DNA of 64,000 nt from a virus. The notes beneath the pieces were generated by a model. That model worked only from the letters and a program-made list of their open reading frames with translations, was not told the DNA's origin and did not search any database. Positions 1-11,500 of this stretch are shown here, one piece after another. The stretch lies in IMG/VR virus record IMGVR_UViG_3300015189_000002, positions 2,452 to 66,451 of that record; one strand, written 5' to 3'. Both the position numbers and the translations under genes were made by a program. The number at the start of each line of letters is the position of its first letter. Within the stretch, counting starts at the first letter, position 1.

Positions 1-231
1 TCCCTCGATACGGACCACCTGCCCATTCATGCTGGGCTGGACCGTTCCCATGTTCACTGGAACAGCGGTGGAATCCCCCGAGTACTGCACCCAACACTTA
101 TGACCCTGTCGGTCAATAGACTGTACAATTCCATACTGAATACGAGGTCGCAGAATGTCTATCCGGTCAGTAACTATCCGCTGGATAACATCTCTGAACT
201 GCATTGCAAAAGCGTACTCATTAAAACTCAT
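1..231 (-). CDS. Minor tail protein, 5' part (runs off the window)
   Basis: Not in the ORF track. The ATG overlaps the TGA of the upstream tail gene (ATGA), and the frame stays open to base 1: MSFNEYAFAMQFRDVIQRIVTDRIDILRPRIQYGIVQSIDRQGHKCWVQYSGD... Confidence 0.7.
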   Translation of the reverse strand, partial: MSFNEYAFAMQFRDVIQRIVTDRIDILRPRIQYGIVQSIDRQGHKCWVQYSGDSTAVPVNMGTVQPSMNGQVVRIEG

Positions 232-1922
232 ACTACGATCGCCACCCTCTTTGCGTTGCCAGACATAGGACTCAAACCACCACCGAAAGAGAGAGATGAA
301 AGAAGAAATCTGATTGGATCAGTTGGTCCACCATCTGGATCAATGAACTCAATAATCTGCCCAACCTCAAGCCAAGGAAAAGAGATGCTTGAAAAGTTAA
401 TGTCATACTCTTCGAGAGCACCTATCTGCAGAAATGTATTTGCAAGTGATTGCGCCTGTGCTACAGTTGTTATGAAACTGTTTGTTGTTATACTTACTCG
501 ATCACCTATGCGAGCAATTCTTGAAGGTGAAGACGCAAGTGTGTTCTTTGCTTCAGCCATTACTGGAACAACCGTAGAATCAGATGATTCTCCAGTTACA
601 ATGATGTGATTAAACAGTCTTGTATCATTAGTACTCTTGTCGTAAGAAACAAGGTTACCAGAATCTGCTCCGATTCTAAGCGAGTACACTATCGGAGCTA
701 GTATTGGATCATTGTACTTTGCCATGACAAGGAATCCTTGTGCACTAAAGTACAAATCATAAGAAAACGCAGTAGCAATAGCTTTCATCGCAGCCCAACG
801 ATCACTGCCCTGCTCGAAAAGATAAACTTTTCCAGTCAAACTTCCAGTAGCAGGCAAAAGAAACTTAACAATTCCAGCGTTGGTTGCGATTGCTCTGATA
901 ACATCTTCGATCTTTTGTGTCGCAGTAAACGAAGTAGAGTTTACAAACTTTGACAAAAGGCATCGCTTGGTGTAGTCGCGTCCTGACACCTTAATGATCG
1001 GAGGAAAGTTTGACTCATCCAAACGATCAATGCAGAACTCACCTAACTGTGTTTCCCATGTCCGCACAACAAGTGAAGATGCAAGACCTGTAACCGTCTG
1101 TACACTTGATGAAGCATTTGCAGCACCGGACCATGTGAAGATGATATTAGGAGTGTTTGTAAGATTTGCATCAAAGAACGCGCCGGGCAGAATTGCGACA
1201 TCAGAAACATTCTCGTAAAGAACCTTTGTAACACTCAGTACTTCCCCAGCCAACCAGCCGGCCTGTGCGCCAACGTAGATACGAACTACTGTAGCAGTCG
1301 CTGCAAGTGTAGCACGCATTGTTACCTGCTGAGGCGATCCAGTAAGTAAAACAGTTTGGTCATCAGTTAAACGACCGACACCAGTGTCCATCACTACAGT
1401 AACTAATCGACCTGCTGGGCCCTTAACAATCACGCGTCCGGAGTAAAACTTTCCGACGACACCAACACCCTGCGGTGCAATCAGGTTACCCATCGTCAGA
1501 CCAACACCCGAAGCAGCCCATTCTCCGCTCTGTGCTATACGAGATACTCCTGTTCCATTCCATCCAGAAAGGTTGATGGCTACTGAAGCATTGGGACACA
1601 GGTTTGTTCTGACAGTAGTTGTTTTGACTGGAGTTGTATCTTCGTACTCAACTCCCTGATATACCTTCAGTACCTTGTCGTACCAAAAGCCATCAGGATT
1701 ATGACGTAAAGCACCGTCAGAGTTATCTAAAGTCAACTCAAGACTTCTGCGTTCTTCTCTAGCATAGTCAGCCGTAACTGCCATGCTTATTAACCGAGGC
1801 GTGCTAGAACCAGAATCCCAAAGAGTTACTCCGTCTGCTTCATAAATATCACAACGACGCTTGATCCTTGACGTGGCAGCGAGAATAGCTTTCTCTGCCT
1901 GCAGCGGCGGGGCCAGTCCCAT
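228..1922 (-). CDS. Tail tip/hub (Tal-like) minor tail protein with an internal carbohydrate-binding-like insert
   Basis: 564 aa, second gene after the tape measure. Has hub-like segments (RRSLELTLDNSDG; LIKVSGRDYTKRC-like; FNHIIVTGE) and an insert beginning RTNLCPNASVAINLSGW. Confidence 0.7.
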   Translation of the reverse strand: MGLAPPLQAEKAILAATSRIKRRCDIYEADGVTLWDSGSSTPRLISMAVTADYAREERRSLELTLDNSDGALRHNPDGFWYDKVLKVYQGVEYEDTTPVKTTTVRTNLCPNASVAINLSGWNGTGVSRIAQSGEWAASGVGLTMGNLIAPQGVGVVGKFYSGRVIVKGPAGRLVTVVMDTGVGRLTDDQTVLLTGSPQQVTMRATLAATATVVRIYVGAQAGWLAGEVLSVTKVLYENVSDVAILPGAFFDANLTNTPNIIFTWSGAANASSSVQTVTGLASSLVVRTWETQLGEFCIDRLDESNFPPIIKVSGRDYTKRCLLSKFVNSTSFTATQKIEDVIRAIATNAGIVKFLLPATGSLTGKVYLFEQGSDRWAAMKAIATAFSYDLYFSAQGFLVMAKYNDPILAPIVYSLRIGADSGNLVSYDKSTNDTRLFNHIIVTGESSDSTVVPVMAEAKNTLASSPSRIARIGDRVSITTNSFITTVAQAQSLANTFLQIGALEEYDINFSSISFPWLEVGQIIEFIDPDGGPTDPIRFLLSSLSFGGGLSPMSGNAKRVAIVV

Positions 1923-1944
1923 TACTTACTCTTCCTTAAGGCTA

Positions 1945-4900
1945 TCACAACAGTACGTCCGCCCTGGTTGCTCCGCGCTTGGTTCCGGTGTAGTAGATGG
2001 TCTGTGGGCGAGCACTTACTCCTCGATAGATACCCTGCTTCAGGTATGCTGACTGGCCAGTGAACAGATTTTGACAGGCAAGGTTGTTAACAATGTTTAC
2101 GCCATTCATCTCCACTGTAAGTCGACCAACACCTGCCGTAAGTCCCCAGGTTATCCCGACGTACATGTCAACCCAAGTATCGAGTGGAATAGGGTTGGCA
2201 CTCATGTTGAAGGTTGACGATGTATCTCCCAGAGTTTCTACAACAAAGTAGGGATTGGCAGTACCCTTGGTCATACCAAAGTCAATATTTGGACCGTTGG
2301 GACCAGCGACAACATCATCTCCGTGCCACTGTGTAAAGACTATCCAGCCGTTACCGCCAATACTATCTGGGTCATCATCAACAGCCCATCCCCAACCGTA
2401 CAGCGTCTGATAGGAAGCCAGATAGAATGAGTACCCCCACCACATCGTCTGACCATTAACAGGGTTTCCGGTGTCTGCAATACTGGCACGCAACTCAGCG
2501 CGCTCTGCGCTAGTGCCACCGTTCGTGTAATCACCATTAGCAACTATGTATCTTGCAGTACTTGGGTATCCCGCACGAGCTGGAGTGGTAACGATTGCCA
2601 GCTGAGATGGACGTGAGTACTGTCCATTGTCGACTACCCAGCCTGTATTAAAGCCTGACTGATAGTTACCAGTCCAGAGTGCCGTTCCGCCTGTACCAGC
2701 AGCCACTGCGATTGCAATAGTAAACTGCTTAATTGAGCTTGGAGAGGTAGCGTTGCTGGCGGTGATAGAAATAGTTGAACTGCCTGCGACGGTTGGAGTG
2801 CCGGACAGTAAGCCCGTAGAACTCATTGTAAGGCCGGGAATTGATCCAGAAGAGATCGTGTATGTGACAGGTGCTGTTCCAGCCGAGACTGCCAGTTGAG
2901 TGCTATACGCAACCTGACAAGTTCCACCTGGTAGAGACACTGTTGAGATTACTGGTGCGACTCCTGCGGCTACAACTGTCATCGTGCGTGCTACTGTTGC
3001 GTCAGGTGCTGTAGTGTTATGCGCCGCTACTGTGTAAGTAAAAGACCCTACCGTCGTTAGAGTGCCAGACAGTAAACCAGTCGCAGCATTCAAAGTAAGT
3101 CCGGTTGGAAGCGCTCCTGCTGTGATTGAATACGTTGGAGCAGGAGTACCTATTGAGGTAGTAAAGTTGTAAGAAATTACCGTACCGACTACGCCAGTCG
3201 AGGGTGGAGTAGAAGCGTTCAATACAGGTGCAACATTTACAGGACCAGTTCCAGAAGGTATGCTAACTGGAATAAGCTCAAGTTGTGAAGGAATGTTCCC
3301 ACAGACCTCAGTGTATGGAATAGTCACATTACAGAACTCTGAACTTCCTACTCCAGAAAGTCGCTCTACTCCGATATTCCCGACACCTACAAGTGACAAG
3401 TTGCCGAAGGGATCACGCATCTGGTAGGTACTTTTTGACTGCTGTAGTGCTATGAGGTTTATTCTCTGTTGGCGAGCAGAGATGTCAACCCTGTCACGCA
3501 GATGCACAGTAAGACTTCCACTCATTCCAAGTGAAGTGCCGTAGTTCTTTTTACGGCCTCGGTCAATAAGAATGAAAGACTCTTCTTCAATCTCTTCAGA
3601 GTAACTATCCGATACTACGGAGTACAGTAAGAGATTTTTCGTCTCGTCATTCAGATTCAACAACCAGTAATCTGAACTAATAAGCGTCTGCTGGACGGCA
3701 AAAGGATTACCGTCAGACTCAAGTAGAATGCCAGAACGATATGCCTGTTGAACTACAGAGTATCCATACGTCTGTCCACTCGCTGCAGTCCAGTCATGGT
3801 AATTTGTTCTGTTGATGTCAGTTGTTTCAAAGATCTTTTCCCACTGGTAACTTCCAGCGATAGCGCGATACACTCTCCATGTCAAGAAAGACGAGTCAGC
3901 AGGAGACTGACTCCAGTCTATGTTGACATAACCAAGAGTATCGTAAAGATTTTCAGTAGTGTACAGGACTGGGTCAGGAGCAACATACGCTGTTCCAAAA
4001 GTATGGGTATCAGAACCCCAGAATCCATCAGAATCCTGAATCAGTACTACTACCTGATAGGTATTAGAGTTTGACAAGATTGTAACTGGAGGCGCGTAAG
4101 ACAGGTTAGTACCTTTAATCGTTCCGCTATTAAAAAGTACTTGTGACTTATCTGCATTGTAAAAAACGACCATGTAGGCAACCGCTGGATTGATCGCGTC
4201 AACAGTCCAAGTAATCATAGGAGCGCCCGAGTCAACATTGCCACCTGCTGTTGGATAAGTAATCCCAACAACTGGAGGATCAGTAACTCTGAAAAGTCGA
4301 TAGTTAGTAAAGTCTCCAGCGACATTCTCACTGTCCCAAACCTTTAGAGACCAGCGTAAAACAATATCTTTCTCTACTGAAGGGATGGTAATAGAAACAG
4401 CATTACTTGTTGATACTACCTTTCCAGTGTCATAAATCAAGACACCGGAATCATTCTCTTCAACAATTACCTGATATGCAGTCTGAGTATCTCCCGTCCA
4501 AGGATCAGTGAAGACCCACGAAAAGGGAATAGTTGGCGCGAAAAGAATGCCAATGTTTGCGCTAGGTGCCTGATTGTAAGCTGTTGGAGGATGTGTAACA
4601 GTAAAAAGATTTCCAGCACTGTAAGGACCAGCAACCCCGAAGAGGTCTATGCCCCTGGCGCGCACATACCAAGTTCCACTCGACAACTTAAGTTGAGTAA
4701 TGGTCGGAGAGTATGCAGTAACTCCCGATACCCTTCGGCCATCATTGGGTCCTCTCGACCCTGGAGGCTCGGTAACAACTTTTAATCCAGTTGTAAAACC
4801 AGCATCAGTAGCAAACTGCCATTCTGCTCGCTGAAGTTGCCCATCAGGTGAAACAAGAGTAGCAGTCAGAATTGGATTCGGAATATTCGTACTGCTAACT

Positions 4901-5598
4901 GGACCGACTGATGTAGGAGCAGCAACAGGTTTGTATGAAGTAATCTGCACTACGCCATGACTGTTATACATATTCGACCCATAAGTCGGATACAAAGCCG
5001 TTGCGTCTGCGTGAGCTGATCCACCACCTGCTCCAGATGCATTAGCACCCGCAAAGCCGCCATACCAACCGCCACCGCCGCCTGGAGCACCGTAGCCGTA
5101 AGGTCCAACTACTGCAGAACCACCTATGCCACCAGCATACCCAGTCGTCTGTGTAGCACCAGTTCCTCCACCACCACTAGGTAGTCCACTCCCTCCCGCC
5201 TGGCCTACAAGCCCTCCGCCGCCGCCGCCCTTACCGCCACCAGTTGAACCGCCACCGCCACCGCCGCCGATAACCTTTCGATTAACAAGTGCAGTTCCAC
5301 CAATCCTGATATCTGACGCGCCGCCGCCGCCGCCTACTGCATGAGTTCCAGCAGCTGCTGCGCCTCCTCCGTTCCAGCCTCCAGCGGTACCTGTTGAGTA
5401 TCCACCAGAGTTTACATAGATAACTGTGCCGGGAGTAACTGGAAGATATGTTAGACAGTATCCACCATAACCTCGGTTGGCTGTAGCGGTTCCACCTGCT
5501 GCGCCTTGCGCTCTGACCATGATATTATACACACCAGCAGGCACAGTGTAAGTCTGCTGACCGCCACTGTATAGGAAGGTGGTAAGTACGCTTGTCAT
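1945..5598 (-). CDS. Large minor tail protein: Gly-rich N-domain, Ig/Fn3-like repeats, Dit-like segment, two He_PIG-like Ig repeats, C-terminal polysaccharide-lyase-like beta-sandwich
   Basis: 1217 aa, directly after the tape measure. Has GGGGG-rich motifs, the repeats YSITAGALPTGLTLNAATGLLSGT and YTISSGSIPGLTMSSTGLLSGTPT, and a C-terminus with ERAELR, FTQWH and YLKQGIYR. Confidence 0.7.
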   Translation of the reverse strand: MTSVLTTFLYSGGQQTYTVPAGVYNIMVRAQGAAGGTATANRGYGGYCLTYLPVTPGTVIYVNSGGYSTGTAGGWNGGGAAAAGTHAVGGGGGASDIRIGGTALVNRKVIGGGGGGGSTGGGKGGGGGGLVGQAGGSGLPSGGGGTGATQTTGYAGGIGGSAVVGPYGYGAPGGGGGWYGGFAGANASGAGGGSAHADATALYPTYGSNMYNSHGVVQITSYKPVAAPTSVGPVSSTNIPNPILTATLVSPDGQLQRAEWQFATDAGFTTGLKVVTEPPGSRGPNDGRRVSGVTAYSPTITQLKLSSGTWYVRARGIDLFGVAGPYSAGNLFTVTHPPTAYNQAPSANIGILFAPTIPFSWVFTDPWTGDTQTAYQVIVEENDSGVLIYDTGKVVSTSNAVSITIPSVEKDIVLRWSLKVWDSENVAGDFTNYRLFRVTDPPVVGITYPTAGGNVDSGAPMITWTVDAINPAVAYMVVFYNADKSQVLFNSGTIKGTNLSYAPPVTILSNSNTYQVVVLIQDSDGFWGSDTHTFGTAYVAPDPVLYTTENLYDTLGYVNIDWSQSPADSSFLTWRVYRAIAGSYQWEKIFETTDINRTNYHDWTAASGQTYGYSVVQQAYRSGILLESDGNPFAVQQTLISSDYWLLNLNDETKNLLLYSVVSDSYSEEIEEESFILIDRGRKKNYGTSLGMSGSLTVHLRDRVDISARQQRINLIALQQSKSTYQMRDPFGNLSLVGVGNIGVERLSGVGSSEFCNVTIPYTEVCGNIPSQLELIPVSIPSGTGPVNVAPVLNASTPPSTGVVGTVISYNFTTSIGTPAPTYSITAGALPTGLTLNAATGLLSGTLTTVGSFTYTVAAHNTTAPDATVARTMTVVAAGVAPVISTVSLPGGTCQVAYSTQLAVSAGTAPVTYTISSGSIPGLTMSSTGLLSGTPTVAGSSTISITASNATSPSSIKQFTIAIAVAAGTGGTALWTGNYQSGFNTGWVVDNGQYSRPSQLAIVTTPARAGYPSTARYIVANGDYTNGGTSAERAELRASIADTGNPVNGQTMWWGYSFYLASYQTLYGWGWAVDDDPDSIGGNGWIVFTQWHGDDVVAGPNGPNIDFGMTKGTANPYFVVETLGDTSSTFNMSANPIPLDTWVDMYVGITWGLTAGVGRLTVEMNGVNIVNNLACQNLFTGQSAYLKQGIYRGVSARPQTIYYTGTKRGATRADVLL

Positions 5599-8500
5599 CA
5601 GCCTGCCAGACTCTCGAGGTTACGAATGAAGCTCTTGGCGTCGTCGCCGTTCTTAATGTTCGGGAAGGACAGATCACCGTGGAAGTGAATACTGCTTCTA
5701 TTCGGCTTTACGGTCGTAGTAGACGAGTCGCTACTTCCGTTACCCATGCGGGTCTGTACGTTGACCAATGCCGCCCCACGGAGCCCTATTCCTAGGGCAC
5801 CGTCGCCGGTTGTGAGGCTCTTTAGGACGTTTGTTGATACCGCGACTAGGGACGATAGAGTGACCCACTGTGACGCCGTGAATACCGGCTCAGGCTTGGT
5901 CGAGCCATTCATTCCGCTATCGCCGGGCTTCATCCAGCCACCCTCGTCATACCAGTGTGGACTACGTGCAGACCACGCGCGGTACGCCGCAGCAGGACTG
6001 CCGTAGTCAGGGCGATTCTTGATGTACTTCAAACCCCAGTCCATCTGTGTGATGGGGTTGGTGCGCCAGTCAGCACCAGACGATGCCATTTTACTTCCAG
6101 GTAGAGACTGTGGAATACCGTAGGCACTTCCAGAATCAGGGCCACTGTTGCCGTTTGAAGCAAACTGATTCCAGCCAGACTCACCATTCCATAGTGGAAT
6201 CAGCGAGTTCATCTGGCCTGGACCCCAGCCGTAAGCTCCAATCATCACTGCAGCAGCTCGCTGGTTGGCTGCGGCATTCGCAGTACCTGCACCCATGTTG
6301 CCACCAGTCGGAACAGGAGGCTCTTGTTTTGTGCCCCATGATCCAAACTTGTTACCAAGGTTATGCAGCATTCCCACCATAAATGACTCAATAAATGGCT
6401 TGCCTGGAATAACCGCCGCTACTCCAGTTGCAAGAGAATCCATTGTGAACTTAAGTGCTTTACCTAGACCCTGCTTAATAAGGTCAAGTGGGTTGCCAGT
6501 TCCAAGCCATCCGCCAGTCGTACCAGCTCGTATTCCACCAGCCTTGCCACCGACAGAAAGTGGGTTGCCATATATGTCAGTCGCACCACCAAGTATCGTT
6601 CCCCCACCGGCATATCCGCGCATTCCGGAAGCCTTGATGTAATCCGAAATACCCTTGCCGTGAAGAGCAGCCGCATTCAATGCTGCGATACCTCGTGCGC
6701 CACCAAGCGCTCGCACAGCCTCGGGGACGACAATACCCTCGCCCCCTCGTACTGCAACAATCTGGTTGTCAGTCTTGGATGCCGGACCACCGACTACGCC
6801 ACCCTTAGCAAACCTTGGAATCGTACCAAGACTGAAGTGGAATGGCTTGAGTAGTCCATTGATTCTGGCGATGCCATTCTTGTTCAACCAGTCAGCAACA
6901 CCATTCCAGGCACTCTTCAGTGCTCCTGCGACAGTTCCACCGATAGCACCAAGACCCTTAGCAACCTTACCAGGGATTCCAGTGATCCACGACATGAAGC
7001 CACCCTTACCCTCGACCATCGAAACGGCCTTATCCTTGAGGGCTTGAAAAGCTGAACCGGCAGCACTACTGAGCTTGCCGGCCAGACCACTAATCGCTGT
7101 CCATGCTTTCTGTGGCAGGCCAGTAACCCAGGTTGCAAAGGTGGTCCATCCTGCGCTGGCCTTTGTTCCGAGTGCGGCAAACGCAGTCGTAGCAGCCGAT
7201 CCAAGTTTTGCGGCGAGTCCACTGATTGCCGTCCAGGCTTTCTGAGGCAAGCCAGTAACCCAGGTTGCAAAGGTTGTCCAACCTGCGCTGGCCTTGGATG
7301 CCAGTGCAGCAAAAGCAGTTGTAGCAGATTCACCAAGTTTTGTAGCCAGTTTAGTAAGTGCAGTCCACGCCTTCTGTGGCAGGGAAGCAAACCAACTCAC
7401 CACACTGGTTACCAAGGTTGTAACATGCGTGACTACCCAAGGGATCAGGTTCTTAAACCAGTTAACAATCCCATTAATCAGGTCAGGAATGATCGAGTGT
7501 CCAATAATTGTGTCATAGAGCCACTTAAAGAATCCTACGACTCCAACTACAAGCCCGCTAACAAAGCCCCAAATAACCTTGACGGCACCTTCGAGGACAC
7601 CAAATATTGCTTCCCATACGCCAGCGAAGATGTCCTGAACGCCCTGCCACGCCTGTCGCCAGTCACCCGCGAAGACTCCGACGACTATCTCGATGACGCC
7701 CCGGATGACCTGAATGACGCCCTTAAATACATCAATGATGGTGTCAAGTATGGGCTTCAGTACATTGGCAACCACGGACACGATGACTTTGATCGCGCCC
7801 AGCAACAGGCCGCCGATCAGGGCAACGAGTGGAGAGATTGCAGTCCACAGGTGCGTGATGATCGTCCAGATGTTCGTGAATGCCTGCTTCAGATTACCGA
7901 AGACTGGCCCGAACTTTTGGAGCTCAGGACCAATCTCGTTCCAGATCTTTTTGCCGGCTTCGACAATGACTGCAAAGATCTTGGTAATGTCTGGCTGGAA
8001 CAACTTAAAGATTGCGACGACGCCATCCCACCAGCCCTTCAGTGTATCGCCGAGTCCACTAAACATCCCAAGGAAACCGTTTATCAGACTCGAGGGATCA
8101 AAGAAGCTCGCTCCGGCGACGATGCCACTCCATGCAGACTTGAGTAGGTTCCCAATAGGAGCCAGGACTGGACCGACGTTCGTCTCCATCCATTTCCAGC
8201 CCTTATTCCAAGCGTTCTTGATCGGCGCGAACATATCAATGTTGCCGAACGCCTTACTCATGTCCTTGGTGTTCTGCTTTACCCACTCATCAATCGCTTT
8301 AGACTGATCCTTACCTAAGTCAGAAGGCTTCTGGCCTGGTAGGAGTTCTCGACCAATCTTTTTACCAGTACCACCGACGTCAGGGAAATTACCCAAAGCC
8401 GAATCAACAAAGTTCTGACCACCGGGAGTCAGAACGAGCTTTTTGGCCTTTTTGGCTTTCTTGGCTGTGTCCGCTGCGCTGGCTGCGCTTCCCATGTCAT

Positions 8501-11500
8501 GCAGTGATGAGGTAATCTCATCTACCAAGTTTTTTGTCTGCTGATAGGTGTCATTGAGCGTCTTGAGCTTTGCGTTCTCTGTGTCGTAAGATGCACTAAC
8601 TGCATCGCGGGCTGCGGTAAGCCTGTCAACAACAGTCTTTTGTGCATCGACCGCAGCGGTCGCCGCGTCAATCGAAGGCTGCATGGCGTTCATAGCGCCC
8701 TGCTCCTTCTGTACTCCGGCGATAATCTCACTGAAGGGCAGTTCTTTCATCGACCCAGTGAGATCCGTAACCTGCTTTTGCAGCGGGCCGAACTTCAATG
8801 CATTCTCGAGATCCAGCTTTTGAGCAGCGACTCCAAGCGCATCGAGCTGATTCTGCAGTGCTTGCAATGGTGCAGCATTGTTATCAACCGCAACCTGCTG
8901 TGCCTGTAGTGCCTTAATCTGTGCGTCGATAGGTCCAGTGATGTCTGACCCGGCACCAGCCATACGAAGATCAGTAGACTTTGCCGAGAGCATCTCGATA
9001 TCACCTTGTAGAGCGGCATACTTAGCGCGCAGTTTATCAAGGTTCTGTGTTGATCCCATGTCAAGCATTCGCAGCTGCAGTGCTTTCTGTGCCTGGTCAT
9101 TGGCCCAGATTGCGTCATTCATAGCCTTCATGCCTTGAATAGGAGCGTTCGCGTAACCCTCCATAGCAGCCTTGTGTGCATCATAGGCAGTAGTCAGAGA
9201 GTCAAGATGCTTCTGCAGTCCATCAAGTGTTTTGCTCTGTGTATCTAGGGCTTTGTTCGCCGCGTCGAGCTTAAGCTGCCAAGCGTCAACTACTCTTTGC
9301 TGACCATCGACAGCAGCCTTCTGTACGTTCAGCAGGCTGTTCATACGACCAAGGTCACCAATAAGCGTGTTGAACATTGGCAACATGCTTGGCAAACTCT
9401 TGGTGACGTTAGCCAACTCGTCAGCAAATCCACCGCTTCCACCAGATGATACAAGACCACCAGAGGCCGCCTTGTATGCGTCGAGGTGCTGCGTTGCCTT
9501 AGCAAGTGGATTAGTCTTACCTACAGCTTTGTGCTCAGCCTTAACAACCCTCATGCCACCCTTGACATTGTCAACCAGTGACGGACTGTGTCGCTGGAAG
9601 GGATTAAGATATGACATGAACTCGCGAACCTTCAGAGCTGCTGTCCGAACAATATTGACAACTGACATAAAGGCGCTTGTAATACCCTGCGGCAATCTCC
9701 AGAAAGCCTTTTCAATGTTGTCAACAATGCTGTTAAAAAAGTCTACCAGTGGTCTGAAGGCTCCAGCGATGGCGACGACGTTACTGTTGAACCAATCAAC
9801 AATACTGAACCAGACATCCTTGATCTGAGTGCGGAACGAGTACATCAGTCCAAGGATTATGCTGATTATCAATCCCCACAAGCCTAACGCCTTAAGACCA
9901 ATCGCTCTGATCGCGGTCAGTATCCCCTCACCCATAAGCCTCCAGATACCGAGGATCGTTCCACCCATCCACTGAAATGCCCTTGCGATTGCTGGTCCAA
10001 TACCTCTTACGAAGGCGAGAATCTTTGGACCAATTCCAGCAAAGCCGGTAACAACTGCTGGGCCGACTGTTGCAATCTCTGCGCCTGCGAGTGCAACCGC
10101 GCCCGCCATCTCCTGTGTTGCTGCAGTTACTATAACTGCCATCTCGATCGCGCCGGCCTCTATGGCAGTTGTGGTGACCCACCACTCCCCCTCAAGTATA
10201 ACCTCAGCGGCACCTGAAATAGCAGTCATCTCAGCCCACATTGCAGTCCATGTGGTAACAAGTGCAGTACTGAGTCCAGTCTCTATCGCAAGCATCTGGC
10301 CGGAGAGTGTTGCCCAGAAAGTCATCAGGTATTCGTTTATCACCACAAGAGATGCAGCAGTAGCACCTTCGATGGCTGCCCACATAGCAACCCAAGATGT
10401 GAACAGTGCTACGCCTGCCGCATCCCATATCACCACCAGTTCAGTACTGTAACCTGTAGTAATTCCGAGAAGATTCGTATAAAGAACCGTCCAACCGGTC
10501 AGCCAGTATTCATGCAAAGCAATCAAAAAGGCTTCCAGCGTCGTTCCAGTGCCTGCCCATATCCTGACAAGATCAGTACTGAATACAGTCGTAACACCTA
10601 GAAGGTCAGTGTAAACTACACTCCAACCTGTTATCAGGTACTCGTGAAGTGCTGTCACGACTGTCTCGATACCGACTGTAACTTCTTCCCACGAACCGAT
10701 CACTGCAGTCGTAGTAGCCTGTGTAGAGAGTACCAACTCTTTGCCGGTAGCATCTACTGTTGCAACCTCAACGGCAGACCCACTGAATAGGCTTGTGAAA
10801 AGAGCGCCAATACCTGCAATAGCAGCCTTGACTCCACTCCAAACCATACTCGCCATTGACTTAACAGCATTGCCGATACCAGAAAGACCAATCCAAATCA
10901 ACCTAAATGGAGCAGATGCGAGCTTCCAAAGTCCAGTCATCAGCCAGCCGATGACCTTAGTTGCATTACCTGCCCACTTAAAGATGAATCCAAGCATGGT
11001 CTTAAAAGATCCGAGGTAACGAAGCAGTGGACCAAGTACTGCAAGACCAAGTAATGAGACGCCGATAAACTTCTGAAGCGAAGGGTTGAGATTCTGGAAC
11101 CACTTGAACAGATTGACCAGCTCTCCAGCCAGTCCTACGATGATCGGCAGTAGCGGCTGGATGACATCAGTCATCATGTTCTGCAGGTTTGTCTTGATGA
11201 TTTCAAGTTTACGAGGGTTCGAGTCAAGAACCATATTAAGCTCTGCAGTTCTCTGCTTCAGGTTCAAAGAAGATTTGGCAGTGCTATCAAGTGACTTGTG
11301 GTAGTAGCCAGTCTTGTTATTCACGTCAGTCAAAAGAACAATCAACTTGTTCATCTGGAACCGGCTGCCAAGCGTCGTCGACACGACGATTTTTTGCTTG
11401 TCTGACAAGTTCTTGTACTTACCAGCAAGGAACTCGATCTGCTGAGAACCATTCATAGCCTGCCAAGAGGCTGCCTTGACGTTGATTCCAAACAGACCCA

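Noticed and set aside
7080-7400. 132-bp repeats in the tape measure gene as a diversity-generating element
   Set aside because: They are ordinary 44-aa tape-measure periodic repeats with synonymous divergence.
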